Shown here piece by piece: positions 38,101 to 48,708 of a stretch of 64,000 nt of DNA. This DNA comes from Podarcis bocagei. Its lineage: Eukaryota. Made by a program: the position numbers and the translations under genes. Position 1 is the stretch's first letter, and every line of letters begins with the position of its first letter. A model generated the notes under the pieces. That model ran no database searches and was not told where the DNA came from. It was given only the letters and a program-made list of their open reading frames with translations. The stretch is taken from assembly GCA_964188305.1 (NCBI GenBank), contig OZ076895.1. One strand, 5' to 3'.

Positions 38101-38202
38101 CTGTGGAACGCCCTTCCAGCAGATGTCAAAGCGATAAACAACTACCTGACATTCAGGAGACATCTTAAGGCAGCCCTGTTCAGGGAAGTTTTTAACGTGT
38201 GA
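35170..38202 (+). CDS. L2 LINE protein: APE endonuclease plus reverse transcriptase (1010 aa from the first ATG)
   Basis: APE motifs CNARS, VTETW, GRGGGV, VYRPP, GDFNIH, LDLVF, SDH. RT motifs NYRPVSNLPFLGK, QSGFR, LLDLSAAFDT, GVPQGSVLSP, YADDTQLY, LNPDKTE. L2-type C-terminus SRLDYCN...LHWLPV..R.QFK. First ATG at 35170 (the track starts at TTG 35116). No stops or frameshifts. Confidence 0.95.
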   Translation: MAGACSTGGDALGQPISVITGRRRSYAKTRPCHYRGGRFSRCLRTIPASGSGPVRMDTRISKGYPRDLKVLLCNARSMIRKTTAIHDLIMDGGFDLACVTETWLDEADGPVLAAACPPGFSYAQQPRSRGRGGGVAVIFRKSLVCTRRPIGKTQFSECMFWKLGNRGSTGFLLVYRPPRCTKDSLPELLQVVADVLLETPSLVVLGDFNIHADTALQGAARDFVESMASMGLSLNKSGPTHSRGHALDLVFTSMDVGDLTLSKSEMKEVPWSDHFLVQLDFSATHPLCREVGPIRMVRPRHLMDPNGFQRVVGDALSHVDGLSADSLVARWNVELTRAIDCLAPKHPLRLHGARTAPWFSTDLRAMKQSLRRLERRWRITHSESDRTQVRAQRRAYQVAIATAKKNFFTASIASAENSSRRLFQVVHNLAEPPATSGPSTGHMFSCNDFAKFFADKIAQIREEVDSTVGAGPGRESARVLSSQVEWDQFQPVTSEDVDRLLGRVKPTTCLLDPCPSWLIKASREGLGDGLRGVVNASLREGAFPDPLKEAVIKPLLKKPSLDAATMANYRPVSNLPFLGKVIERVVAEQLQARLEEADHLDPFQSGFRPHHGTETALVALVDDLRRARDKGESCFLVLLDLSAAFDTIDHSILLDRLEGLGAGGTVIQWFRSFLLGRVQKVVVGDECSDPWALTCGVPQGSVLSPMLFNIYMKPLGEIIRRFGLGVHQYADDTQLYLSFKSEPVKAVKVLCECLEAVGGWMAANRLRLNPDKTEVLFLGDRRRAGVEDSLVLNGVTVPLKDQVRSLGVILDSQLSMEAQVKSVSRAAVYQLHLVRRLRPYLPADCLARVVHALVISRLDYCNALYVGLPLKVTRKLQLIQNAAARLVTGSGRRDHITPVLKDLHWLPVRFRAQFKVLVLTFKALNGLGPVYLKERLHPHQSARTLRSSAEGLLAVPSLREAKLQGTRQRAFSVVAPALWNALPADVKAINNYLTFRRHLKAALFREVFNV

Positions 38203-38233
38203 CATTTTACTGTATTTCTGGTTTTTATGGAAG

Positions 38234-38272
38234 CCGCCCAGAGTGGCTGGGGAGGCCCAGCCAGATGGGCGG
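38234..38272 (+). other. L2 3' UTR stem-loop (probable RT recognition element)
   Basis: CCGCCCA(38234-40) pairs with TGGGCGG(38266-72); inner stem TGGCTGGG-GAGG-CCCAGCCA(38244-63). It sits just before the (TTA)n tail. Confidence 0.75.
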
Positions 38273-38286
38273 GGTATAAATAATAA

Positions 38287-38330
<44 letters not shown>
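38287..38330 (+). repeat. (TTA)n microsatellite, 3' tail of the L2
   Basis: About 14 perfect TTA units directly after the L2 3' UTR. Confidence 0.95.
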
Positions 38331-38475
38331 CCGTCTGAAATAAGACAAACAATGAAATTTAGAGGTATGTACAGCCAATACTGTCCACAATCCTATATTA
38401 ATTTACGCCAATTGTCTGAACTTAAGCTCTTAAGATGAACTGCAAACCATTGTTCAAACATTCAAAAGAAAGTTG

Positions 38476-38520
38476 CAGCCAGATGGGTGGAGTATAAACA
38501 ATACTATTACTAATAATTTT
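38476..38520 (+). mobile_element. Tiny L2 3' terminal remnant
   Basis: CAGCCAGATGGGTGGAGTATAAACAATACTATTACTAATAAT resembles 38258-38300. Confidence 0.55.
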
Positions 38521-39135
38521 ACTTAAGGAAGAGTTCACCTTAATTAACCACAGCCACTCTTCTCCTGATCCTACTAAAAACAAAAACAAAGAAAGCCACT
38601 GTTAAACGGTGTGACTCAACTAATTTGGAGTTATTTAAATATAACATTAACTAACCCCCCAAACCCTGAGTATATCAGAAAAGCAAATGGGCAAACATGC
38701 AGAGGTGATCTTCCCAATCTTTACTCTGCAGCTTCCGCTCAGTTAATGACTGGCAGATTCCCTGCCAACTTGGGGTCAAACAGACTGGCCTTTGCATATG
38801 AGAATTTTAGGCAGCAGCACAATATTCCTTTCAGCTGGTACTCTTGGGTATCCTTTCCTTCCCCGAAAGTGAGCAAAACTGTGTGTTATGCATTTTGGAG
38901 TAGCTCATTTTCACTTTGCTCACGAACTACATAAATATGAAATGGCGCTCTACCTGCCCTGTCGATCGGAAGGGCTATATTCCTATTTTATTTCTGTTTC
39001 TCAAGTAATCCTGAACCTAACAGTATTCTGCAGAACTTCTCCAATTGTTCTCAGAGCTCACTTTCAAAAAAAGTCTTCAGTTTATTTAACCTTTTTAATG
39101 AGAACTCCTAGAAAATTAAGTTCCAAAAATAACGT

Positions 39136-39286
39136 CTGTTGATAGCTCAGTCAGCAAAGCATGAGACTCTTAGCCTAAGGTCCATGGTTCGAGCCCCATG
39201 TTCAGCAAAATATTCCTGCACTGCTTGGACTTGGAGTAGATGTTCCTCATGGTCCCTTCCAATCCTACAGTTCTATGATTCTATGA
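39136..39286 (+). mobile_element. tRNA-Lys-derived SINE with CR1-type 3' tail
   Basis: Head TAGCTCAGTCAGCAAAGCATGAGACTCTTAGC..GGTTCGAGCCCC is like tRNA-Lys(CTT). Tail GGTCCCTTCCAA..TTCTATGATTCTATGA is like a CR1 3' end. Confidence 0.8.
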
Positions 39287-39528
39287 ATAATCTCACCCCA
39301 TATCTGCCAAATCAATCACTGCCAAATCAAATCAATTCTGCAGTTTCCATTTTATTAGGAGGTCCATTTTATAAGATGGGAGCAAACAACTTTTGGTATG
39401 GCAGCACCTGAACTTCAGTACTTCCTCCTGTTGCCATCTCTCCTGTTTTCTTCAGTGCCTTCCTTTTTCAACAAGCCTTTTTTTATCCCAGTCCCTATGG
39501 GAGGCAAAATTGTTTTTCTATTGGTTTT

Positions 39529-39744
39529 CATAAGAACACAAGGAGAGCCTGCTGGGTCAGATCTAGTCCACCATCCTGCTCTCTCAGTAGACAACCAGAT
39601 GCCTGTGGAAAACCTGCAAGCAGGACCTGAGCCCAAAGGAACTCTCCCCTCTTGTGGTTTCCAGCAACTGGTATCAAAAACATTGCTGCCCCCAACTGGA
39701 AAGGCACAGCATCGCTATCATGGATAGCTGCCACTCATAGCCTT
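39529..39744 (-). mobile_element. CR1 LINE 3' end fragment
   Basis: CATAAGAAC..AGAGCCTGCTGG..TCTAGTCCA.CATCCTG..AACCAGATGCC..TCCAGCAACTGGTAT: reverse complement of a squamate CR1 3' UTR with a GTTCTTATG tail. Confidence 0.65.
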
Positions 39745-39828
39745 TCATTGTTAAATTGGTTTGGGGGGTTTCATGACAAGCAATTCATAAAATGAGATGA
39801 AGTTGAATAAATGAATAATTCTCTAAGC

Positions 39829-39966
39829 CAGCGGTTCTCATCCTGTGGGTCCCCAGATGTTGTTGGACTACAACTCCCATCATCCCTGAGCTCCTGCCTT
39901 GCTAGCTAGGGGTGATGGGAGTTGTAGTTCAACAACATCTGAGGACCCACAGGTTGAGAAAGGCTG
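39829..39966. mobile_element. Palindromic hAT MITE with SPIN-like TIRs and perfect 8-bp TSD
   Basis: CTCTAAGC|CAGCGGTTCTCATCCTGTGGGTC...GACCCACAGGTTGAGAAAGGCTG|CTCTAAGC. Confidence 0.9.
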
Positions 39967-40574
39967 CTCTAAGCTTTGCTCAGGCATCCCTACATATGGG
40001 AATGGGAACACGGTCATTAGCCCCAGCTAGTGCTCCCGAGGGCCGGCCCTCCCCACTTCTCATTTTCTGGGGCTGAGTTTCTGCAGCAAGTTGGCTGATC
40101 TAATCATGCAGGTAACCTTGCACATTCAGGGGTGCCTCGTCTGCTGCACTTCAGCCTGAACGGACCGAGGGCTACAGGGGTGGGCCATTGGGAAAGCAAA
40201 AGAGAGAATGGCGAGAGGGGAAGCATTCCTATCTTATCCATCTTTATCGCAAGCTCTCTGTCTCACTTAGGAAAGCAGGCTAGAGGCATGTGTGTTATTT
40301 GTACCTTACAAAGAGTAGCTCTTTTAGTCTCACCTTTCCGGTAACTATCAATAAGCGGGGGGGGGGGGGAGGGCAGCAGAGAAAAAGACTTGTCCTCATG
40401 ACCACAAAGATAACCTAGTTGTTGGCTAAAGTGGTATATTTCCTTCATTTCAGATCTCGGCATTCCTACAAAGTTCGGATCTCTCCCTCATGTCCCATTT
40501 AAACCCCACCCCTTCAGATAAATAAATATATAAATGCAGGCCCAAATATATTCCTATGTCAAGGAGATAAAGAA

Positions 40575-40731
40575 CTACCTACGGTAACTTTTAGAAGACA
40601 TCTGAAGGCAGCCCAGTATTGGGAAGTTTCTTTTAATGTTTGATATTTTACTACGTTTTATATATGCTGTAAGCTGCCCAGGGGTATGGGCGGGGTATAC
40701 ATAATAATAAAATTATTATTAATTATTATTT
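40575..40731 (+). mobile_element. L2 3' fragment
   Basis: ACTTTTAGAAGACATCTGAAGGCAGCC (TFRRHLKAA)...ATGGGCGGGGTATA..TAATAA..TTATTATT. Confidence 0.8.
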
Positions 40732-42754
40732 AGAATCCTGAAATTCCAGTATTAAAGAAGTGCTACTGAGAATAAGGTTAATTAATACTGGATTCTCTGA
40801 ATTACATAAAAAATCATATCGTGTTAACTAGGAGAAGTTTATGTTGGTTATCTGATGTTGGAGTTCACTTAGTGAGAATCTTAAGAATTTGGGTTACTCT
40901 CTGCACTTAGTATTGCAGGTCTCATCTGCACTATACATTTAAAGCAGCATCATACCACTTTAAACAGTGGTGGAATCCCCCAAAGAATCCTGGGAAATAG
41001 GAGTGGTAATACAGAAAAACATCTGGAAGACAGCATAGATAAATTGTTAGTGCCATTTCACTTAAGAGTCATTGCTAGTTGTGCATTACTTGTCAACAAA
41101 TTATTTACTGGCTTGATTTCTCTGTTTGATTGAGTGGAGAACAAGCATTGCATTTATCTATTATTACATATATATCCCATCTTTTCTTCAAGCAGTATCA
41201 ATTGCTAGGCTGGGCAGCTAGTATGGGAAGATATTTTTGTTAAATCTTTTGTTTTTTTCTTAAGGAAAAACAAGTGATATCTACCTACCCCCTAGGGCCC
41301 AGAAAATATAAATCTGATATTACTATCAAAACATAAAGAAACAGAAATGCCAACCTGTTTACTCTCCCATCTTCTCAAAACTGATTCATTCATCAAGGGT
41401 TCTGTCCAGCACATATATGTACATTATGCATGAGCAAGCAAACAGCTTGATGCACAAAATGATGCAAAAACTACGTTTGTTCTCCTTTCTTTTTTGCTTC
41501 TGAAGGAATATCTGAAGTAGAAACTTAACAATTTCTCCAGAAACAAAATGCATTCACAGAAGATGCAGGAACAGCTCAGGCAATTCACTTCGTGAGAAAA
41601 ATGTACATATCTGCATAACAGCCAAAACTGTTCAGAATTGAGTGCTACGTTCACAATAGTCTGAAATCCCTTATGGACATGAAAAACATACTGTTGTGTT
41701 GCTGTGTCTATATACAACAGCAGGAACTATATTCTTCCATGTACAGTACATCATATAAGATATTTGCTGTTTCCACTGCTATAATAATGGAACCACAGGA
41801 AGTAGATATGAAGAAGTGTGTCTAAGAATGCGAAAGAGCTGAAGAGAAGAGAACTTTTCCAAGTTTTGGTAGCCTCTATGAACATCACTGAATCTGATCT
41901 GTCTCATATTTTGCTATGTAACTGTAGTTTCAGGAGTGCCAGATAATTTCATGATGCTATCAAATGTGATGAGTAATGTTGCCAGAAAACTAATACAGAG
42001 GTCTGAAGTTCTTCTAAAGGGGATAAACTTTCTAAACATTATCGGTTGAACCCAAAGGTTCCAACAGAAAGCCTCTTCCCATCAAATAAGGCAACCTTTG
42101 CTTCCCATCCATTTGTTTCTGAAATACTGGACTGTTATTTACAACAGGATAATAACATTATGCACCTCAGCACCCATTTCCCCACCCTTAGTCTGCATTT
42201 TTAAGCTACAATTTATAAAACTTTATTGCTAAATGTAGCTTGCTTTGCTACAAATAGCAATCAGCAGATCCAAGTCCTGGAGTATGCTTGAAAATAATAC
42301 TGTTTCTTACATATAAGCCATTTTGAATTTGTTTAAATCTAACCTAAATTTCCCAGGTGCACTGCTGCGGCCACACACCATGTGAAACAAAGACAGGCTG
42401 TTCATTCAGATATGCAGCTATTAACAGGTTAGATTTTCCTAACATTTCAAATACCTGGAAAATGCAACAGAGAGATGTTTCATCAGGGAAGCTGAGAATA
42501 AATCACCCTGTTTATGTAACAATACTGATGTTTCATTATAATTGTCAAAAGGACAGTACCACTAATATTAAATATCTATGTTGGCTGTCTTTTTCAAGTT
42601 TCAAGTTTGGCCATAATCAAAGGAAAACAAGAAAAGGGGGGAAAGTTGATCTGATTCGCATGTTTTAGACACCCCAGTAATTACCAAACTTTTCTTCACT
42701 TGTGGAAATATATTCAAATATCTGAATCAAAGACAAAGTTAAAACATGTTCATA

Positions 42755-43015
42755 CAGGCAGAGGGTTACATGGGGGTTATGTTCCAAGGAACCATGTGCC
42801 TCAGTGAAATCGCATATAATCAAAACCCATTGAAAATGCCTGCAAACACCCTGTTCCGCCCCCGTTCTGCCCCACCCTATCCTGCCCCACCCCACCCTTT
42901 TAGTGATGTTTCAGTGATTTCTTTTTGATGTTTCCGGGTCACTTCCAGGTTCGGTGCAATGCACATATACACGACCGTGCGCATATTTTAAGTGCGTAAA
43001 CTGGGGGCCTGTCTG
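42755..43015. mobile_element. Probable degenerate Tc1/mariner MITE
   Basis: TA|CAGGCAG...CCTGTCTG|TA ends and a CpG-rich interior; TIRs are weak. Confidence 0.45.
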
Positions 43016-43195
43016 TATTGCTTATTAAGTAGCAATTCATTATAGCATAGTTTGTTAGATATGTGAAATGTTTGTAAAACATTTTTGTGGTTGTTTTTAC
43101 TGCATGCTAAAATGATTCTTCTTAATATGGAATCAAAACAAATCTATATTCTATATGACTGTACTATTTGTATGGTATACTACTATACACTAGTG

Positions 43196-43411
43196 CATGG
43201 ATAGGCAAACTAAGGCCTGGGGGCCGGATCTGGCCCAATCGCCTTCTAAATCCAGTCAGTGGAAGGTCCAGGAATCAGCGTGTTTTTACATGAGTAGAAT
43301 GTGTCATTTTATTTAAAATGCATCTCTGGGTTATTTGTGGGGCACAGGAATTCATTCGGGGTTTTTTTCCAAAATATAGTCTGGCTCCCCACAAAAGTTT
43401 GCTGACCCCTG
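43196..43411. mobile_element. hAT (Charlie-type) non-autonomous element
   Basis: CATGGATAGGCAAACT...AGTTTGCTGACCCCTG. Same family as 53662-53980. Confidence 0.8.
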
Positions 43412-43544
43412 CGACTTGTGTATTTAAACTGTTCATAAATGCACATGTAGGATCCATATCCTAAGTGTTCAATCCAGAAAGAGAAAATAGAATTATAGAC
43501 AGTGGATTTTTTTTAACATAACAAAACAAAATAGAGAACATTAC

Positions 43545-44373
43545 CTTTAGCTGGATTTACTTTTATCCCTGACTTATACAGCATCTCTTCATTCTGCCAG
43601 TCCCCATTCCTGACAAAAGTCTTGAGTCCATAGAAAAATATTAATGCAGCTGTGGCAAAAAAAATCAAGTTCTTCAGAAAGCGTTTTTGCGCTTTGATGT
43701 AGAGGGCCCTGGTGCCCACAGTGATCAGCAGGCAGAAGCCCATACTAGGTATATACAAGACACGCTCTGCTATCACAAAGCCTACATAGAAAAAAAAGTT
43801 TGTGGCTGGAATAAAGGGCACAATTAATAAGGACAGAGACAGAACTACAATATTCTCAGTTGAGGGGAGTTGCGGTCTCTGCGGCAAGTGTTTGTTAATG
43901 CCGTTTTCTTCTTTAGATACAAAGCTGGGCTTCAACTCCAAGCTTTTATACTCCATTTCTGATAGGCAGTTATGGCCATTGGTGTTCTGCTTGCCATTTG
44001 TTACGTTTTTCCCATTGCATTCTCTCTCTTTGCTGGAGCTTTTCAAACCGGTGTAAGCAAGGAGGAGAAGTCCAGCATAAAAGGCCACTGTGTGTAGGTT
44101 CCTCCAGTCACTGACTGTTTTGAGAAGAGGCACAGCATCCATGGACCAATCAAAGCTAAGAGTGTCCGGGCACAGCAATAGCCAAAGATTTTTGGTTGGC
44201 AGGTAAAAAAAGGTCAAGGTTCGTGTTAGAAAACTCTCCGAGTCAGCTGCTGGGTTGTCAGAGTTGGAAAAGCTGGGAGGTTTGTTCCCCATCCAATAAA
44301 AGCGAAGACCTAGTAGCAAAGCTCCCCAGAAGATCAATAAACCAATGCTCAAAAGAAGGGGTAAATTCTTCCG
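43545..44373 (-). CDS. TMTC2: TMTC2 coding exon (829 bp; equivalent to mammalian exon 3; TM helices, DUF1736 region, up to KVNPAK)
   Basis: Translation RKNLPLLLSIG...MGNKPPSFSNSDNPAADS...LSFDWSMDAVPLL...FFYVGFVIAERVLYIPSMGFC...RNGDWQNEEMLYKSGIKVNPAK matches vertebrate TMTC2. Acceptor tttccctttcag|CGG at 44373, donor AAAG|gtaa at 43545. Length 829 = 276 codons + 1 nt. Confidence 0.97.
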
Positions 44374-44947
44374 CTGAAAGGGAAAAAAGAACAATAAATA
44401 AAATTACATTCATATTTTGGTTTTGGGGATTCTGAGGTTGCTTCAGTGAGCTTTTAAAAACCTTACCTAAAGAAACTATACAGTCCAACAAGCTTTTCCA
44501 GTACAATCTATTATGTCTAAATGCTTTTATAGTATTGCTTGTCCATCACTAAGGTTTGTTGTAAACCAGAAGCTACACCGTTATAAAAATAGAAATACTG
44601 TCTTATCTTGCAAATTTTCCACCTTTTTTGTGTGTGCGTGTGCAATTAGGCCACTTGCATGATTTGATTCTGCATGTGAGCATCTGGCATGTGCATGAAA
44701 TGGTCATGTGATTTCATCACACTTTGCTTAATCTGCTTTTTGCCTTACACAAAGAAGCTCCAGAATTTCAATTGCACAAGGAGCAATCTAAACTCACACT
44801 TGTAATAATGCAGTTGCAATCAGCATACTGAAAATCTGTCGCTCCTTTCCCATTCATTAACTCCAGTCTCTGCTTTAGCCTGGACATCAAATACACTTTT
44901 TTTCAAAGGACACGTAAAATTGTTTCTCTCCAGAATCCTCCCCATAG

Positions 44948-44951
<4 letters not shown>

Positions 44952-44985
<34 letters not shown>
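44952..44985. repeat. (CT)n microsatellite
   Basis: Direct inspection. Confidence 0.92.
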
Positions 44986-44988
<3 letters not shown>

Positions 44989-45866
44989 GTTTCTTTTTCC
45001 CTCCAGGGACGATCTGGAGCTCCATTCAAAATAGCAATTTCAGCTATACTGAGCTGCTATGCGGGGTCCAAAGGTCAAAGACATGAGCAAACTAGCTACA
45101 ACAAGTGCACTTTAAAGCATGCCTTTAGTTTACTTATGGTAGGCAGTAATAGCTTGACATTTGCTTGAACTGCTCATCATATTCATGCTGTATATCTTGG
45201 TCAATTATTTGGTTTCTGTGTGTGGTTTTTCTGGCTTCTGAAATTGCAGAAATTGCTTTAGCATCCCCCCCCCCATCATCCTCAGTGCTTACATATTGCT
45301 TAGGTGTTCACTGAGCTTTCCATAGTTTTAGATTGGAAGCCTTCCTAATAATCTCCAGCATGCCAACCATAACACAAGATAATGTTATGAGCCACAAAGT
45401 ATGCATAAATACACCATGCTTAAGAATTTCTGCTTCTCTCCCAAGATTCTTAAATGAAGACTGTGAAAGATAAAACTTTGACCATCAGCATATTTTAGAA
45501 TATGCTGCTACAGTATATCTTGTGGAATCAATACAGAGTACAATTAGCCAAATTAACAAGGAACCACAACTCAAAAGATGCGTTGGTAACCCTGGTGCCA
45601 GCACTAGCAAAGGTTACACGTGCATCTGTGATTGACCATTTTATGCAATACTGAAACTTGGAATATCACATTTTCCAGCATACTGTAGAACTGTAGCAAG
45701 CGTGAAGGTGGCAGGAAGCATGTGACAAAGTTGCCTTCCCTAACAACAGGGCATATGTTGCTTGACAAAAGCTCTTCTAAAAGTCAGGAAAGTGCAGAAA
45801 GTTGCGAGTTTGGGGAGCAGGGGCGGAGAATTCTGAACATACTAAGGAGCTATTGGAACCGATACA

Positions 45867-46185
45867 AGTAATAATAATAATCATTTTATTATTTATATGC
45901 CACCCATCTGACTGGGCTGCCCTAGCCACTCTGGGAGGCTCCCAACAAAATGTAATAAAACATAAACCATTTAAAAAATTCCCAATACTGTGCTGCATTC
46001 AGATGTCTTCTAAAAGTCATATAGTTATTTATCTGTTTTACATTTGATGGGAGGGCATTCCACAGGGCAGGTTCCCTGTAACTTCACTTCTTGCAGTGGG
46101 GAAACTGCCAGAAGGCCCCCATAGCTGGGTCTCAGTGTCTGGGCTGGGTGATGGGGGTGGAGATGCTCCTTCAGCTATACAGGGC
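45867..46185 (-). mobile_element. L2 3' fragment with (TTA)n-like tail
   Basis: Reverse complement matches the L2 3' hairpin and ORF end (LWNALP; HLHPHHP). Confidence 0.8.
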
Positions 46186-46420
46186 TTGGTTCTGAGGATC
46201 CAGGTGTATACACAAAAACTGGAAAGCCTGGAACCCCTGGAACCAGACCCCACAAGGTGGAGGGTGCCTTACTTGGCTTTGGGAAGGAGTCAGGAGGGCT
46301 CTGGCAGGGTCCTAGAACCCTCTCACCTACTTCCCAAACTTCTGCAAGCACTTGCCCAGCTTTGGGAAGGAGGCATAAGGGCTCTAGAACCCTGCCAAAA
46401 TTAATGGGCACTGCCATTCA

Positions 46421-46570
46421 AATAAATAACAACAACAACAACAACAACAATTTATTATTTGTACCCCGCCCATCTGGCTGGGTTTTCCCAGCCACTCTGA
46501 GCTGCTTCAGAATAAGATTAAGAATACATTAAAATGTCACACATTAAAAACTCCCCTGATGTCTTCTAAA
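46421..46570 (-). mobile_element. L2 3' fragment with (TTG)n tail
   Basis: (AAC)n at 46428-46450 followed by the reverse complement of the L2 hairpin (loop AAAA) and ORF end. Confidence 0.8.
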
Positions 46571-48558
46571 TGATGTTTATGTGTGCCAAGTCATGTGGTT
46601 GATTATATGGGGCAGGGCTTACTTCCCCCCCCCCCCCCTCAATTTTTTTAAATTTAAGTTGGCACCCTTGACTAATGCTTAGGTTGAATCCCTTTATTAT
46701 ATGCTTTTCCCTGATGCTTCACAATATAGGATTGTAGATTTGTGGGACTGTTTCCAGCCACATGGACCGAGGAAGCAAATTTCATCCACTTCTGTCAAAA
46801 AGAATGGAAGTCATAGCTTTAAAAAAACAAATTCCAATGGTGATTTCAGGGTGGAGATGGGAGAAAGAATGATGCAGACTCAGGAAGACACTGATCTCAA
46901 TCAAGACAGCCTTCACATCAAAACAAGCTGCTTTATGAAGTGTCAAACCTAATATTGTGGGCAGTGCGTATCTCAAACCATTTCCAAACACAACCTACAA
47001 ACACATCACCACTCTTAGTAGCTCATAACATGGTGCTCTGTAATAAATTTCAGTGAGGGTAGGATAATGATTGGAGTGGAAAAGCCAAAAGAGTTGTTTA
47101 TCCAGACATTAATTTAGGGAACAGCTCTATAAACAGTACTTTTATTTTCGGTATCTGCAGCCCTTGCTTTTTAGGCTATAAATTTAGAAGAGCCCAGCAG
47201 GAGGCAGAGTTCTTTATAATACTTGGCAACAAGGATTTGGATTACTGTACTCCCGAGCCCTAATCCAGCCCATCTGCCATATGCTTTGGCACCCTCATAA
47301 ATCCTCTAACCCTTCATCAGCTATAATTTTCCTCTGGGAAAGAAAACGAATGTGCACAGGGGGTTTTTCTTCCAAAGATCTGATTAAAAGCACAGCGATC
47401 ATGTGTGGCATTTCAATCAGTGAACCGTCTTGCACATTCACCAAACCCAACCAATCCATATATTGCATGATGCAATACTTTTGCTCAGATTCCGACTGCA
47501 CACCTCTACCATAAATACTGCTGAATTAAATTCCACAGCAGATTATCCCACACTGTAGCCCTTGTCAATGTGAAGTCCTCATTTATCCAGTGACATATGG
47601 TGTTTCCAGAAGGCAAGCATTATTTCCCTCTGCCCTTTCCTTATCCTTTTAGGAACAAACATCAAAGAAGCACACTCTGAAGATCTGAAAGCATGGCACG
47701 CAGCAAGAAAAGGTTCAACAACACACAAGACTATTCTCACATTACAAAGAGGTGTATATGCCGGCATTTATAAATAAATATAACCTTCCACACATCTCAA
47801 AAGAACATAAATGCCTTCAACCAATATAAATTGGGCTGCATTACACAAATGTTCAGAATTTTTTGTTTGCACAGACTATAGAAGGTAAGCCACTTCCTGA
47901 AGAGCTGGGTCACTTGGACTTTATTAAAGTGGTTCAGAGTACCCACAGTGGTTTTTATAGTTTCTAAAGCTCTCAGCAACCTCAGCTTCATGCATCTAAA
48001 GGTGACTGCATACAATATCCACTTGACATCTGGTGGTGGAGAGAGCCATGGACATCAAGGATCATTCTCCATTTGTTATCCATACTAAAGAGGTATTCGA
48101 AAATGTATTCTTCAGCAACGTGTCAACATTTTTATCATATAAATTCTAAGGGGTCTTCATATGTACACAAAAAAAGTATAAATCAAAAGGGTGTTGAAGA
48201 TACCCTAGATATTTGTTTTTGTTTTTAGATTTATAACTGCACCCTAACAATGCTTAGGGCTGAGAAGCAATCTGCAGGTGCCAATAAAATTATACAAAAT
48301 TAAACTTAAAATATTTAAAAAGCCATCAGATCACAGTTTTAGTAACACGCCTATACATTTCTAGCATAAATAGAGCAGCTGGAGAAAGAGGAGGGGGGAC
48401 TGTGAGTGCACAAGGGTGTTTCCCATAATTTGGACCCCCTGGGAAACTCAACAACTTGCTGTACCTGGAACGATGTGTGGAGAGTACAGCTGAATAGGAC
48501 ACAGCTGTGGGCATTCTGAGGAAGCGCCATCCACCTTGTGCCTGCCCATAAAAAGCAA

Positions 48559-48708
48559 GTCTAGATAGCTCAGTCAGTAAAGCATAAGACACTTAATCTC
48601 AGGGTCATGGGTTTGAGCCCCTCATTGGGCAAAAAGATTTCAGCATTGCAGGGGGTTAGACTAGATGACCATCATGGTCCCTTCCAAATCTAAAATGCTA
48701 TGGTTCTA
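48559..48708 (+). mobile_element. tRNA-Lys-derived SINE with CR1-type tail (second copy)
   Basis: GATAGCTCAGTCAGTAAAGCATAAGACACTTAATCTCAGGGTCATGGGTTTGAGCCCC followed by GGGTTAGACTAGATGACC..GGTCCCTTCCAA. Confidence 0.8.

Larger units (their letters stand above)
34066..38330 (+). mobile_element. Apparently full-length L2-clade LINE, single ORF, antisense in the TMTC2 intron between the 829-bp and 115-bp exons
   Basis: 5' 113-bp tandem array, G/T-rich spacer, uninterrupted endonuclease-RT ORF, short 3' UTR with stem-loop and (TTA)n tail. No clear TSD, so the 5' boundary is inferred from the start of the array. Confidence 0.9.

Noticed and set aside
34040-38360. Target-site duplication around the intact L2
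   Set aside because: The flanks (..GGATGTAAGAT and CCGTCTGAAATAAGAC..) share no convincing direct repeat; L2 insertions often lack clear TSDs.
39141-39210. Functional tRNA-Lys gene (also 48559-48630)
   Set aside because: Stems are disrupted by many substitutions and both copies continue into a CR1-like tail, so they are SINE heads.
43513-44394. 293-aa ORF as a stand-alone gene
   Set aside because: It is one internal TMTC2 exon plus intronic read-through at both ends; the splice sites define 43545-44373.
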